DNA of 64,000 bases from an uncultured Chloroflexia bacterium (GCA_963822175.1 CAWGGJ010000003.1:198802-262801), one strand, 5' to 3'; counted from the first letter of the stretch, positions 8,837-18,382 are shown. Notes: generated by a model not told the origin, from the sequence alone. A program made the numbers and translations.

Positions 8837-10585
8837 ATGTGGGATTACGGATGGCGAACAAAAATCTGGCAATCTATTGATGGCCCCTGGGATATTCTGA
8901 TCATCGGCGGCGGTATCACAGGTGCTGGGATCCTGCGCGAAGCCACCCGCCTAGGACTGCATGCTCTACTGGTTGATCAGCGTGATTTCGCCTGGGGGAC
9001 TTCCAGCCGCTCCTCAAAGTTAGTTCACGGGGGATTACGATACCTAAAAGAAGGTAAGATAATGCTTACCCGTAATTCTGTACACGAGAGGAAGCAGCTG
9101 CTTCAAGAAGGTCCAGGATTGATCGATCCCCTGGGTTTTCTGTTGACCGTGTACAAAGGTGATTTTCCGGGCAGGTGGGCATATGCAATGGGTCTTACCG
9201 TGTACGACCTGCTTGCACTGCGGTGGGACCATGACTACTATTCACCGGAAGATTTCCGCCTGCTGGCGCCTCACATCAGTCAGGATGATCTGCTGGGTGG
9301 ATTTCGTTATGGAGACGCCCAAACGGATGATGCCCGTTTGACCTTGCGAGTGATCCTTGAAGCAGTTGCAGATGGCGCAACTGCCATCAATTACGTCAAA
9401 GCAGATAAATTACTCTTCGAAGGTGATCTTGTCAATGGTGTAGAACTCAACGATATCTTAACCGGTCAGAAGACTGAAGCATATGCCAGGGTAGTGATAA
9501 ATGCCACGGGTGCCTGGGCTGACCATCTACGAGAACAAACCGGAGGTACCCCACACATCCGCCCATTACGAGGCAGCCATCTCATCTTTCCCAGCTGGCG
9601 ATTGCCAGTTGCCCAGGCAGTAAGTTTTTTGCATCCATTTGACCATCGTCCTGTTTTTATCTTTCCCTGGGAAGGCGTGACCCTGGTAGGGACAACAGAT
9701 GTGGATCATGGTGATCCGCTTGATGTTGAACCAAAAATCAGCCCTGTTGAGGTGTCTTACCTGATGGCAGCAGTGGATTATCAATTCCCATCCCAGGCAA
9801 TTGGGCTGGAGGATGTTATATCAACATATTCTGGGGTCAGGCCAGTGATCGGTTGTGGAAAAACCGATCCTTCTGAGGAATCACGGGACCATGTCATTTG
9901 GGAAGAAAGAGGATTAATCACTGTAACTGGTGGAAAACTCACAACCTTTCGTTTGATTGCATTGGATGTGCTTGCAGCAGTGCGTCACAAAATCCCGCAG
10001 ATGCCCGAACCGGATCATCATATGCCTGTGTTGAACCAGGTAAATCACCAGATAAATGGTTGTAATGATGTTACCGATACTTGTAGAAAAAGGTTATTAG
10101 GTCGTTTAGGTGCTGATGCCCAATTGATGGTGAAAGCGGCACAGCCCGGTGAAATGGAACCTATTCCTGGGACTAATTATCTCTGGGCGGAGATACGTTG
10201 GGCTGCACATGCTGAAGGTATTTGCCATTTGGACGACCTTCTCCTCCGACGTACCAGGCTTGGGCTTATCTTACCTCTCGCAGCAGAAGCGATCATGCCG
10301 GTGGTTAAAAATATCTGCCTATCTGAATTGCATTGGAGTGAAAATCAATGGCAGGAGGAATTAATAGCATATCATACTACATGGGAAAACAGTTATAGCC
10401 TTCCCCTTGTTGAAACCATCCCCGATTGGAAGGAAAAGCTGGTGGAAGCAAAATACAATCAAAGATTACGCATTCCTTTACATCGAAAAAAAATGGTTCG
10501 CCAATCCAGCCTGATCGTAATAATAATCCTGTTATGCACTGCGTTGATTGCTCTCCTCTGGAAACGTTCCAACCATCCCAGGTGA
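8837..10585 (+). CDS. glpD: FAD-dependent glycerol-3-phosphate dehydrogenase with a C-terminal membrane anchor
   Basis: DILIIGGGITGAGI dinucleotide fold, SSRSSKLVHGGLRYL, GGKLTTFR. The last ~30 aa form a hydrophobic helix (LIVIIILLCTALIALLW). Confidence 0.85.
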   Translation: MWDYGWRTKIWQSIDGPWDILIIGGGITGAGILREATRLGLHALLVDQRDFAWGTSSRSSKLVHGGLRYLKEGKIMLTRNSVHERKQLLQEGPGLIDPLGFLLTVYKGDFPGRWAYAMGLTVYDLLALRWDHDYYSPEDFRLLAPHISQDDLLGGFRYGDAQTDDARLTLRVILEAVADGATAINYVKADKLLFEGDLVNGVELNDILTGQKTEAYARVVINATGAWADHLREQTGGTPHIRPLRGSHLIFPSWRLPVAQAVSFLHPFDHRPVFIFPWEGVTLVGTTDVDHGDPLDVEPKISPVEVSYLMAAVDYQFPSQAIGLEDVISTYSGVRPVIGCGKTDPSEESRDHVIWEERGLITVTGGKLTTFRLIALDVLAAVRHKIPQMPEPDHHMPVLNQVNHQINGCNDVTDTCRKRLLGRLGADAQLMVKAAQPGEMEPIPGTNYLWAEIRWAAHAEGICHLDDLLLRRTRLGLILPLAAEAIMPVVKNICLSELHWSENQWQEELIAYHTTWENSYSLPLVETIPDWKEKLVEAKYNQRLRIPLHRKKMVRQSSLIVIIILLCTALIALLWKRSNHPR

Positions 10586-10658
10586 CCCATGATATAAATA
10601 GGGCACCATCAGCCTGCAAATAATTCATCACTGGGTAAACCTTAGGCAGTAAAACAAA

Positions 10659-10690
10659 AATTCCCTGCACAAATTTCTCGGCAGGGAATT
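10659..10690. terminator. Hairpin terminator between convergent glpD and the S1-domain gene
   Basis: Perfect 10-bp stem, AATTCCCTGC (10659-10668) with GCAGGGAATT (10681-10690), and a 12-nt loop. The A-rich left flank gives a U-tract for the minus-strand gene. The U-tract for the plus strand is poor. Confidence 0.55.
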
Positions 10691-10709
10691 TAGTTATGAT
10701 AATGAATAT

Positions 10710-11519
10710 CTATTTGGGTGAGCGAGTCTTTAAAGTTCGCGAAAAAATTGTCTCAAGCTCAGGGTTGGTCTCAGGACCTTTTCGCTTCTTTTTCTTATCC
10801 GCCAGCACGTTGACATTATCCACGCCTTTTCGCTCCATGGCTTCCCGTAGTGCCATTTCCATTGCTGTGGGCACGGGGGTTTCCTTCTCTTCGACAACCT
10901 GCTCAGGCTCTTTCTCTTTCTCTTTTTCTTTTTCTTTGTTGTGCTGTTCTTTTTTATCCGTCCGATCTAAAGCAGCCTTGACAACATCATCAGGCTTTTC
11001 CTGTAATGCCTTCATGCTAAGTTTGATCTGTTTCTTGGCTTTAATTACATCCAGAACCTTTACCTCAACAACATCGCCTTCTTTGACCACGTCTCCAGGG
11101 GTGCGGATAAAATCATGCGTCATCTCGCTGATATGTACAAGCCCCGGTCGTTCAGCACCAATATCAACGAATGCACCAAATTTCTCAAGGCGGATGACCT
11201 TGCCTGAAACGACCATATCTTTTTTAATCTCACCCCATTCTAATCCCAAGGGTTCGATCATGGTGAGCTCAATGCGACCTTTTTTCGGAGAAACCCGACG
11301 GACCCACACATCGATTTCTTCTCCTTCGTGGATCACATCTTCAACTCGTTTTACCGGCACCTTCTGAAGTTGGGATATATGGACCATCCCTGGGGTTTCC
11401 AATCCAATATCAACCAAAGCCCCAGCTAAAGTTGTCTTTAGCACCTTGCCTTTAAAATACATTTTATTTTTTATTTCTTTAATATTGCTTGGAGCACCTG
11501 TAGTTGTATTGGTATCCAT
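10710..11519 (-). CDS. S1 RNA-binding-domain protein (two S1 domains, charged C-terminal tail)
   Basis: Two S1/OB repeats (GKVLKTTLAGALVDIG..., VSGKVIRLEKFGAFVDIG...VHISEM). K/E-rich tail with (KE)n. Start set at the ATG 11517-11519, preceded by GGAGAG. The track start is a TTG further upstream. Confidence 0.8.
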   Translation of the reverse strand: MDTNTTTGAPSNIKEIKNKMYFKGKVLKTTLAGALVDIGLETPGMVHISQLQKVPVKRVEDVIHEGEEIDVWVRRVSPKKGRIELTMIEPLGLEWGEIKKDMVVSGKVIRLEKFGAFVDIGAERPGLVHISEMTHDFIRTPGDVVKEGDVVEVKVLDVIKAKKQIKLSMKALQEKPDDVVKAALDRTDKKEQHNKEKEKEKEKEPEQVVEEKETPVPTAMEMALREAMERKGVDNVNVLADKKKKRKGPETNPELETIFSRTLKTRSPK

Positions 11520-11604
11520 AGCGAACTCTCCACATAACCGAATTTCACGCAAACGTAGATTATACCATCGTGAGAAAAAAAGTTAAAATATTTTTCTAAT
11601 CATT

Positions 11605-11651
11605 AGAGAAAAAATGGGGTTTCTGGCAGTAAACCATATACCAGAAACCCC
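11605..11651 (-). terminator. Intrinsic terminator after ftsH
   Basis: Perfect 11-bp stem, GGGGTTTCTGG (11616-11626) with CCAGAAACCCC (11641-11651). On the minus strand it is followed by ATTTTTTCTC. Confidence 0.65.
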
Positions 11652-11680
11652 GAAAAATATTAATTTTTAAATTACCTGTA

Positions 11681-13552
11681 TTATACCGATCTAGGTAGAG
11701 GAGTGCCACCGTTTTTCAGTACAGGAGGTGGAAAAAGCGCTTCAAAATCTTCCCTGGATAAAGTTTCAACCTCTAATAATTTGCGGGCAACTGTATCTAA
11801 CACATCCCGATATTGAGTAAGGATTTTCTTAGCCTTTTCATAAGCTTCATTAACTAAAATCCGCACTTCTTTGTCTATCTGTTCAGCCACAGCTTCAGAA
11901 TAATCCCGTTGCTCAGAGATCTCACGACCCAGGAAAATAAGCTCTTCTTTTTGACCATAGACCATGGGTCCCAAATCACTGCTCATACCCAGTCTGGTAA
12001 CCATTGCCCGTGCCATCTTGGTTACCCGCTCCAGGTCATTCGATGCGCCTGAGGTGACGTCGCTAAAAACAATTTCCTCTGCCGCACGCCCACCCATTAA
12101 TCCAATCATATCTGCTACGAGCTTATTTCTGCCCATTAATGTGCGATCTTCCACAGGCAAGGCTAATGTATATCCACCAGCCATTCCTCTGGCGGTAATC
12201 GAAACCTTGTGCACCGGATCAGCCTCGGGTACAGCATTCATCACAACCGCATGACCTGCTTCATGATATGCCACGATCCTTTTTTCTTCCTCACTGATCA
12301 ACCGGCTCTTCCGCTCAGGTCCAGCAATGACGCGTTCGATCGCTTCCTCGAGATCTTCCTGTTCAATTGCCTTTCGATTTCTACGTGCCGCCAGGATAGC
12401 TCCCTCATTGACAAGGTTCTCAAGGTCAGCCCCAACAAACCCCGGCGTCGAGCGAGCTAGGACACCCAGGTCTGTATTTGGGGACAGCGGTTTGCCTTTC
12501 ACATGCACCTTTAAAATAGCCTCCCTGCCTCTCATATCAGGACGATCAAGGACAACCCGCCGGTCAAACCGCCCGGGTCGGAGAAGCGCTGGGTCAAGGA
12601 TATCGGGACGGTTGGTAGCTGCCATGATAATCACATTGGTATCAGTATCAAAGCCATCCATCTCAACCAACATCTGGTTCAAGGTTTGCTCGCGTTCGTC
12701 ATGACTTCCACCCAAACCTGCTCCACGTTGGCGTCCGACTGCATCGATTTCGTCTACAAAAACAATACAAGGCGAATGACGTTTTGCCTGGTCAAACAGG
12801 TCACGTACACGGCTTGCACCTACACCCACGAACATTTCCACAAACTCGGAACCAGAGATTGAAAAGAAAGGCACACCAGCTTCACCTGATACAGCTTTTG
12901 CCAGTAACGTTTTACCAGTTCCTGGAGGTCCCACCAGCAATACACCTTTCGGGATACGCGCACCTAACGAGATAAATTTTTCAGGTTCACGTAAAAATTC
13001 CACCACTTCCTGAAGCTCTTCTTTGGCTTCCTCAACCCCAGCAACATCCCCAAAGGTAACCGAAGGTTGGTCACCAGTGAACATTCTTGCACGAGATTTC
13101 CCAAACGACATGGCAGCATTATTGCTCCCTTGCGCCTGGCGGAAAACAAACCAGAACACGCCCCCGAGGATAATAAATGGAAGGATATAACCCATAGCAG
13201 AAGCAAGCCCCAGCCATGGGTTTGGTGGTTTCACTTCGATGCTGATATGGTCTGGAGATAATTGTTCAGAAGAAACTCCCAGGTCCTTTAATTGTTGTAC
13301 CAGTGTTGTCTCAGTCTCTTTATGAGCTGTTCGCTCGATTGCACTTGTGTTGTTGCCGTAGATTACTGTCAGCCGATCTTGCTCTTCGATGATTCGCGAC
13401 ACCTTCCCACTTTGAATATCTGCAGCAACCTGGTTAATAGATAGTACTTCCTGCGCAGTGGAATTTTGATTAAAGCTATAAAAAACCAGGAATATGATGG
13501 CTGCAAATAATAAAACGTAAATAATCGTTGAACGATTACGACTAGGATTCAC
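11681..13552 (-). CDS. ftsH: ATP-dependent zinc metalloprotease FtsH
   Basis: Two N-terminal membrane helices. AAA Walker A (GPPGTGKT), Walker B (IVFVDEID), second region of homology. Zinc motif HEAGHA. Confidence 0.95.
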   Translation of the reverse strand: MNPSRNRSTIIYVLLFAAIIFLVFYSFNQNSTAQEVLSINQVAADIQSGKVSRIIEEQDRLTVIYGNNTSAIERTAHKETETTLVQQLKDLGVSSEQLSPDHISIEVKPPNPWLGLASAMGYILPFIILGGVFWFVFRQAQGSNNAAMSFGKSRARMFTGDQPSVTFGDVAGVEEAKEELQEVVEFLREPEKFISLGARIPKGVLLVGPPGTGKTLLAKAVSGEAGVPFFSISGSEFVEMFVGVGASRVRDLFDQAKRHSPCIVFVDEIDAVGRQRGAGLGGSHDEREQTLNQMLVEMDGFDTDTNVIIMAATNRPDILDPALLRPGRFDRRVVLDRPDMRGREAILKVHVKGKPLSPNTDLGVLARSTPGFVGADLENLVNEGAILAARRNRKAIEQEDLEEAIERVIAGPERKSRLISEEEKRIVAYHEAGHAVVMNAVPEADPVHKVSITARGMAGGYTLALPVEDRTLMGRNKLVADMIGLMGGRAAEEIVFSDVTSGASNDLERVTKMARAMVTRLGMSSDLGPMVYGQKEELIFLGREISEQRDYSEAVAEQIDKEVRILVNEAYEKAKKILTQYRDVLDTVARKLLEVETLSREDFEALFPPPVLKNGGTPLPRSV

Positions 13553-13770
13553 TCAAGCCTCCAAAATAAAATACATAGCAAATACTTAAATAAACCTAAA
13601 AGCGGGATTCACTTTAGGGCGATTGCGATTATACCAAGTCTTAGCCTGATAGGTAGGATTATGACGACATAAACTGATTTCTCTAACATCGCTCTAACAA
13701 ATCCCCCTTGATTCGTGCAAGTTAAGCCCTACCTAAAGGATAATATACCCCTAATCTTGTTAGTTCATTA

Positions 13771-13798
13771 CCTCCCGCTGACCTTAACCAGCGGGAGG
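13771..13798 (-). terminator. Hairpin directly after fabH (weak U-tract)
   Basis: Perfect 10-bp stem, CCTCCCGCTG (13771-13780) with CAGCGGGAGG (13789-13798), 8 nt past the fabH stop. No clear T-run, so function as a terminator is uncertain. Confidence 0.4.
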
Positions 13799-13805
13799 TT
13801 GATCA

Positions 13806-14912
13806 TTATTCGTTGCGTCCCCAGATCCAGCCTTCGATACGGCGCACCAACCTGAGAAGCTTCGACCGGATCGCAACCCACCAACGGTAGGATGCTGGAT
13901 AAATATGGCGGTGAGGCAGGAACGGTCCTGACCAACGAACAAGTGCAGCCCCCCAGGTAAGTCCAGCTCCAAACCCTACAAAAACGGTATTATCTCCCGC
14001 CCGTAAACGTCCCTGTTGAATCGCTTCACAGGTAGCAATGGGGATAGAAGCTGTGGAAGTGTTACCATACCGCTCAATATTGACAAAGTATTGATCTGGA
14101 GGTATTTCCAGCCCACGCATCGCAGCTTCAATGATCCGCAAGTTAGCCTGGTGAGGGATGATCAGTTTAACATCTTCAATTTTTAGCTGAGCAGAAGCAA
14201 TCGCTTCCTTGGTGGCCTGGACAATGACCCGGGTAGCAAAACGGAAAACCTCTCTACCGTTCATATGAATCGTGTGTTCATTATTTAATATTGTGCTTGG
14301 GCTGGTTGGTAGGTGGCTACCTCCTGCGGGAACCGAGAGTAGATCACCACCAGATCCATCAGAACGCATAACGGCAGAAACCAATCCCCCAATTTCATCA
14401 CCAGCTTGTAATACGAACGCCCCAGCGCCATCCCCAAACAGAACACAGGTATTTCGATCCTCCCAATTAACAAATCTGGAGAGTGTCTCTGCACCGATTA
14501 CCAAAGCATTTTGAACAGAACCACTGCGAATGGCTTGTGTAGCCATGTTCAAAGCATAAATGAATCCAGAACAAGCAGCAGAGAGATCAAATGCACCCGC
14601 ATGGGTGGCACCGATCTGATCCTGGACCAAACATGCAGTGGCTGGGAAAAAATATTCAGGAGACGATGTAGAGACTATGATCAGCTCTACATTAACAGGA
14701 TTGAGATTTGCCACCCTCAAGGCATTGAGGGCAGCATCTTTTGCCAGCGTGGCGGTTGATTCTTCCTCGTTTGCAATGTGCCGTTGTCGAATTCCGGTAC
14801 GAGAGACGATCCACTCATCGTTCGTGTCAACCATTTTTTCCAGGTCTGCATTCGTCAATACCCTGGCTGGAACAGCCATCCCCCATCCAGTGATATGGGC
14901 GTAAGGACTCAT
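13806..14912 (-). CDS. fabH: 3-oxoacyl-ACP synthase III (FabH) with a 41-aa C-terminal extension
   Basis: Catalytic Cys context (DLSAACSGFIYAL), HQAN, GNTSTASIP, and the canonical C-terminal end GFGAGLTWGAALVRW. An extra basic amphipathic tail follows. Confidence 0.9.
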   Translation of the reverse strand: MSPYAHITGWGMAVPARVLTNADLEKMVDTNDEWIVSRTGIRQRHIANEEESTATLAKDAALNALRVANLNPVNVELIIVSTSSPEYFFPATACLVQDQIGATHAGAFDLSAACSGFIYALNMATQAIRSGSVQNALVIGAETLSRFVNWEDRNTCVLFGDGAGAFVLQAGDEIGGLVSAVMRSDGSGGDLLSVPAGGSHLPTSPSTILNNEHTIHMNGREVFRFATRVIVQATKEAIASAQLKIEDVKLIIPHQANLRIIEAAMRGLEIPPDQYFVNIERYGNTSTASIPIATCEAIQQGRLRAGDNTVFVGFGAGLTWGAALVRWSGPFLPHRHIYPASYRWWVAIRSKLLRLVRRIEGWIWGRNE

Positions 14913-14914
14913 GA

Positions 14915-16159
14915 TTATGATCCGTTATAACGACTTATGATAATACTGGCATTATGTCCACCGAAGCCAAAAGAGTTGGATAGGATATGATTGACTGTTT
15001 TTCGCCTGGACTGGTTTGGAACATAATCCAGGTCACATTCAGGATCCGGTGTTTCGTAGTTGATCGTCGGTGGCAGGATGGAATCCTGTAGTATTTTTAC
15101 ACAGATCAATGCTTCCAATGCCCCTGCTGCACCCAAAAGGTGACCGGTCATTGATTTTGTTGATGATACAGGTATGTTATAGGCTCGCTCACCGAATACG
15201 GTCTTAATTGCTGCACTTTCGCTTTTATCATTAAGTTGTGTGCTTGTACCATGAGCATTGATATAGTCGATATCATTCACCGTCAATCCAGCGTTATTTA
15301 ATGCACTCTGCATACATATTACTGCACCAGCTCCGTTTTCTGCTGGTGCTGAGATATGAAAGGCATCATTGGATGCACCATATCCGCTAATTTCCCCCAA
15401 GATTCGTGCATTACGCTCGAGTGCATGCTCAAGGGTTTCAAGCACCAAGATCGCAGCACCTTCTCCCATAACAAAACCATCCCGGTTCAGATCGAATGGA
15501 CGCGATGCCTTTTCAGGAAACTCGTTGTTTGTGGTTAATGCAGTCATCACGGTTAAACCCGCCATTGCAATGGGGACAATCACTGCTTCAGCACCGCCGG
15601 CAAGAACAACATCTGCACTCCCCCGCCGGATGACTTCAGTAGCCTCACCCAACGCATTGGAGCCGCTTGCACAGGCCGATACAACAGTAAAATTTGGCCC
15701 GCGAATACCCAGGTTGAGGGCAATCATACCCGGTGCTGTGTCTGGTAGCATCATCGGCACTAAAAATGGGCTTACCCGGTCAGGTCCCCGGTCAAAAAAC
15801 ACTTTCGCCTGCTCAAATAAGGTGCTCATTCCACCGATACCAGTGCCTACCACTACTCCAATCCTGTCTCGATTGGTATTTGTAACAACTAACCCTGAAG
15901 CTTCCACTGCCTGGAGAGCAGCAGCTAAACCGAATTGGGTAAATCGATCCATACGACGGGCATCGCGTGGGCCAAATAATGCGGTAGCATCAAAATCCTT
16001 GACCTCAGCTCCAATTTTGACTTTGAATTGGCTGGTATCATAATGTGTGATCTTTTTTACGCCCGAAACACCCGAAATGATATTTCCCCATAATGTATCA
16101 ACATCATTCCCTAATGGGGAGATACACCCTAGACCAGTGATTACGACACGTTTTCGCAT
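14915..16159 (-). CDS. fabF: 3-oxoacyl-ACP synthase II (FabF)
   Basis: RVVITGLGCISPLG start, active-site ACASGSNA, HGTST, GHLLGAAG, SNSFGFGGHN. Start set at MRKRVV (16157-16159), because a terminator hairpin occupies the upstream part of the longer track ORF. Confidence 0.9.
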   Translation of the reverse strand: MRKRVVITGLGCISPLGNDVDTLWGNIISGVSGVKKITHYDTSQFKVKIGAEVKDFDATALFGPRDARRMDRFTQFGLAAALQAVEASGLVVTNTNRDRIGVVVGTGIGGMSTLFEQAKVFFDRGPDRVSPFLVPMMLPDTAPGMIALNLGIRGPNFTVVSACASGSNALGEATEVIRRGSADVVLAGGAEAVIVPIAMAGLTVMTALTTNNEFPEKASRPFDLNRDGFVMGEGAAILVLETLEHALERNARILGEISGYGASNDAFHISAPAENGAGAVICMQSALNNAGLTVNDIDYINAHGTSTQLNDKSESAAIKTVFGERAYNIPVSSTKSMTGHLLGAAGALEALICVKILQDSILPPTINYETPDPECDLDYVPNQSRRKTVNHILSNSFGFGGHNASIIISRYNGS

Positions 16160-16213
16160 TGATGCCTCCTTCAGTAACTCGTATAAACTAATGCATCGTT
16201 GTTCGACCTTTGG

Positions 16214-16246
16214 TTTATAAAACACCGCCTCGCTGGTTCAGAGGCG
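16214..16246 (-). terminator. Intrinsic terminator upstream of fabF
   Basis: CGCCTC (16226-16231) pairs with GAGGCG (16241-16246), with a 9-nt loop. On the minus strand it is followed by GTGTTTTATAAA. Confidence 0.5.
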
Positions 16247-16272
16247 ATAGGAAAAGTATAACAGGTTTGGGT

Positions 16273-16497
16273 TTACTCGATGGATGCGATGAATTTATGA
16301 ACCTGTTGGATCTGTAATATATCATGCTCGGCAATTTCCTTAACTATATCTTGCAGCGGAATTGAGTCCGAGTATGTGCCCTGAACACTACACTCCCACC
16401 GGTCCGCTGGAATATCTTTCAAGAGCTCAAGGATTTCAATTCTTGTTTTTGTAAAATCTTCCAGTGCCTGAAATCCATCACCTTGGGGATAATCATC
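16273..16497 (-). pseudogene. Out-of-frame C-terminal remainder of a DinB-like domain (continuation of the HAD gene after a 1-nt frameshift)
   Basis: A 75-codon open frame with no usable start codon. It reads DDYPQGDGFQALEDFTKTRIEILELLKDIPADRWECSVQGTYSDSIPLQDIVKEIAEHDILQIQQVHKFIASIE*, a DinB-type last two helices with an HD..Q.QQ motif. It begins exactly at the HAD gene stop, offset by one base. Confidence 0.45.
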
Positions 16498-17488
16498 AAT
16501 ATTTGTTGATACTTCGTACTGCTGAATTCAATTGGGTAAGCCCTTGTTCACCAATGATTTTTTGCAGGTTTGGGAGATTTTTCTCTCTATCCAAATCTCT
16601 CAGTTGATATATAGGCACATCCAAACGCCCACCTTGTTGATTTGGACTTTTGGCATACTTAGCGTAATTTTGGCGATATATCGTATCTAATGCAGCTGGT
16701 GTCGATCGTAACACTGCCAGTAGTGCACAAGGTGTAGTTAAACTTCTTTGAATTGGTTTGGGAGATATTGTCTCCAACCAGGGGATTAAATCAGTGATTT
16801 CACCATGCGGGGGAATATCGCCCTCTCCACACCATTTGGCTGCTTCTCCATTGGAGATCCAAAAAACAGGCATGTCCAATTGGCATGCAGCTCTTATATC
16901 CATGTCAATATCATTCCCTACCATCACAACCGGTATGTTTGGCCAGCCAAGCTGTGCCAGGAATTCCGCAAAATAAGCAGGATTGGGTTTGGCAAAGTGG
17001 AATGTATCGTAGGATGGGATTAACCGAAAAATTGCTTGTGCATTAGGAAATCCTGCCCAGCTAAGACGTTGTAATATTGCTGTGCTTGGAAAGAGCGGAT
17101 TTGTCGCTATCGCTGCCTGGTCACCACGAGCTATGATCTGCTCTACTACTTTGACTGAATCAGGTCGGACCTGGGTCAAGTCCTTAAGCCTGGGAAAATC
17201 TATTTCATAGAAAGAATCAATGATGCATTGAACATCCTGGCGGTCCAATCCCAATGTTGGGTAAAAAGCTGTATCGAACCGATCTTCCAAGGTCAGGCTC
17301 GGGTCGAGGTTATCAACCATCTGCCGGGTCGCCATCAGTAAAGTCTTGATTAATTCTGTCGGATCAGCTACCGCAGCCATTCGTTTGGCTAAACTCTGCA
17401 GATAGGCTGGGATGAAGTTATTCATCTCGTTTCCGAGCAGAGTGTCATCCAGATCAAACAGAATCAGTGTCAATGGGTCCTTCTTCAA
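16496..17488 (-). CDS. HAD-superfamily hydrolase with the beginning of a C-terminal DinB-like domain (apparently truncated)
   Basis: HAD motif I LILFDLDDTLL at the N-terminus and motif IV VGNDIDMDI. After ~aa 235 it reads ALLAVLRSTPAALDTIY...QLRDLDREKNLPNLQKII, which resembles the first DinB helices. Confidence 0.75.
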   Translation of the reverse strand: MKKDPLTLILFDLDDTLLGNEMNNFIPAYLQSLAKRMAAVADPTELIKTLLMATRQMVDNLDPSLTLEDRFDTAFYPTLGLDRQDVQCIIDSFYEIDFPRLKDLTQVRPDSVKVVEQIIARGDQAAIATNPLFPSTAILQRLSWAGFPNAQAIFRLIPSYDTFHFAKPNPAYFAEFLAQLGWPNIPVVMVGNDIDMDIRAACQLDMPVFWISNGEAAKWCGEGDIPPHGEITDLIPWLETISPKPIQRSLTTPCALLAVLRSTPAALDTIYRQNYAKYAKSPNQQGGRLDVPIYQLRDLDREKNLPNLQKIIGEQGLTQLNSAVRSINKY

Positions 17489-17804
17489 ATTCTATGGGTA
17501 GCTTATGACATTCCCCACAACCAATATGAGGGTCGAAGCCCGACCGTTCTGTTTTCCGACAATATGTCCGTACCCGCACTTCCTGTTTTCCAAAAGGAAT
17601 CTTGCGCACCAATTTTGGAATTAAGACCATGTAAGGGCAAGTATTTGCCAGTTGGATATTCGGAACAGGGCAACTATTACACAGCTCTCGTTTCCATGCA
17701 AGCGGGGGTGAAGCAGATTCTAATAATCTGCATTCTTCTTGATTACGACCGCGGAAATAATTTCCGTAAAAATAGCTGCATTCTTTCCCTGCTGGTGTAC
17801 GCAT
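17454..17804 (-). CDS. Cysteine-rich hypothetical protein
   Basis: ORF only. Contains 9 Cys, including CNSCP and CGEC pairs, so a metal-binding role is possible. Overlaps the HAD start by 35 nt. Confidence 0.45.
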   Translation of the reverse strand: MRTPAGKECSYFYGNYFRGRNQEECRLLESASPPLAWKRELCNSCPVPNIQLANTCPYMVLIPKLVRKIPFGKQEVRVRTYCRKTERSGFDPHIGCGECHKLPIEFEEGPIDTDSV

Positions 17805-17824
17805 CTTGGATTGTGAGAAGAGAC

Positions 17825-18382
17825 CTAAACCCTGGTTACGTACGATCCAGTTCTAGTATCGATTCGAATGCGATCACCGACATTAACAAAAGCAGGCACC
17901 TGCACTTCCAATCCTGTATCTGTTTTAACTTTTTTATTGACTCCCGTCGCAGTATCTCCACGCACTGCTACCTCTGCCTCAACCACATCCATATCGACGG
18001 TGATTGGGAGCTCAACATCGATGGGCTCTCCCTGGAAAAAGGTGAGTTTAATTTCCATATTTTCAGTCAGGTACTCTGCGCTCTCACCAAGCACGCTCTT
18101 TGCTAATGCTGGTTGCTCATAGGTGTCCAGGTCCATAAAATGATATAACTCACCATCATTATAGAGATATTGAACAGTATGGAAATCAAGGCGGGCTTCC
18201 TGCACGCGTTCACCACTCTGGAAGTTTTTCTCAATAATGGTACCGCTGCGAAGATCCACAGCTTTTATTTTAATTGTGGCATTACCTCGTCCTGGTTTAT
18301 TATGATGATAGTCTAATACCTTAAATAATTTCCCATCAAACTCAAAAGTAACCCCTTTACGTAAATCATTTACGTCGATCAT
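17825..18382 (-). CDS. efp: Elongation factor P
   Basis: Full-length EF-P pattern: NDLRKGVTFEFDGKLFKVLDYHHNKPGRGNA...KTDTGLEVQVPAFVNVGDRIRIDTRTGSYVTR. Confidence 0.95.
   Translation of the reverse strand: MIDVNDLRKGVTFEFDGKLFKVLDYHHNKPGRGNATIKIKAVDLRSGTIIEKNFQSGERVQEARLDFHTVQYLYNDGELYHFMDLDTYEQPALAKSVLGESAEYLTENMEIKLTFFQGEPIDVELPITVDMDVVEAEVAVRGDTATGVNKKVKTDTGLEVQVPAFVNVGDRIRIDTRTGSYVTRV

Noticed and set aside
10900-10945. CTTTTTCTTTTTCTTT-type microsatellite
   Set aside because: It encodes the (KE)n tail of the S1-domain protein on the opposite strand. This is coding low complexity, not a regulatory repeat.
10696-11367. 223-aa plus-strand ORF, Ser/Phe/Thr-rich
   Set aside because: It is fully antisense to the well-supported S1-domain gene. 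Its low-complexity composition mirrors the K/E-rich coding strand, so it is a shadow ORF.
15369-16043. 224-aa plus-strand ORF
   Set aside because: It is antisense to fabF, which has all the catalytic motifs. The ORF is Arg/Ser/Pro/Ala-rich, as is typical of reverse-frame artefacts.
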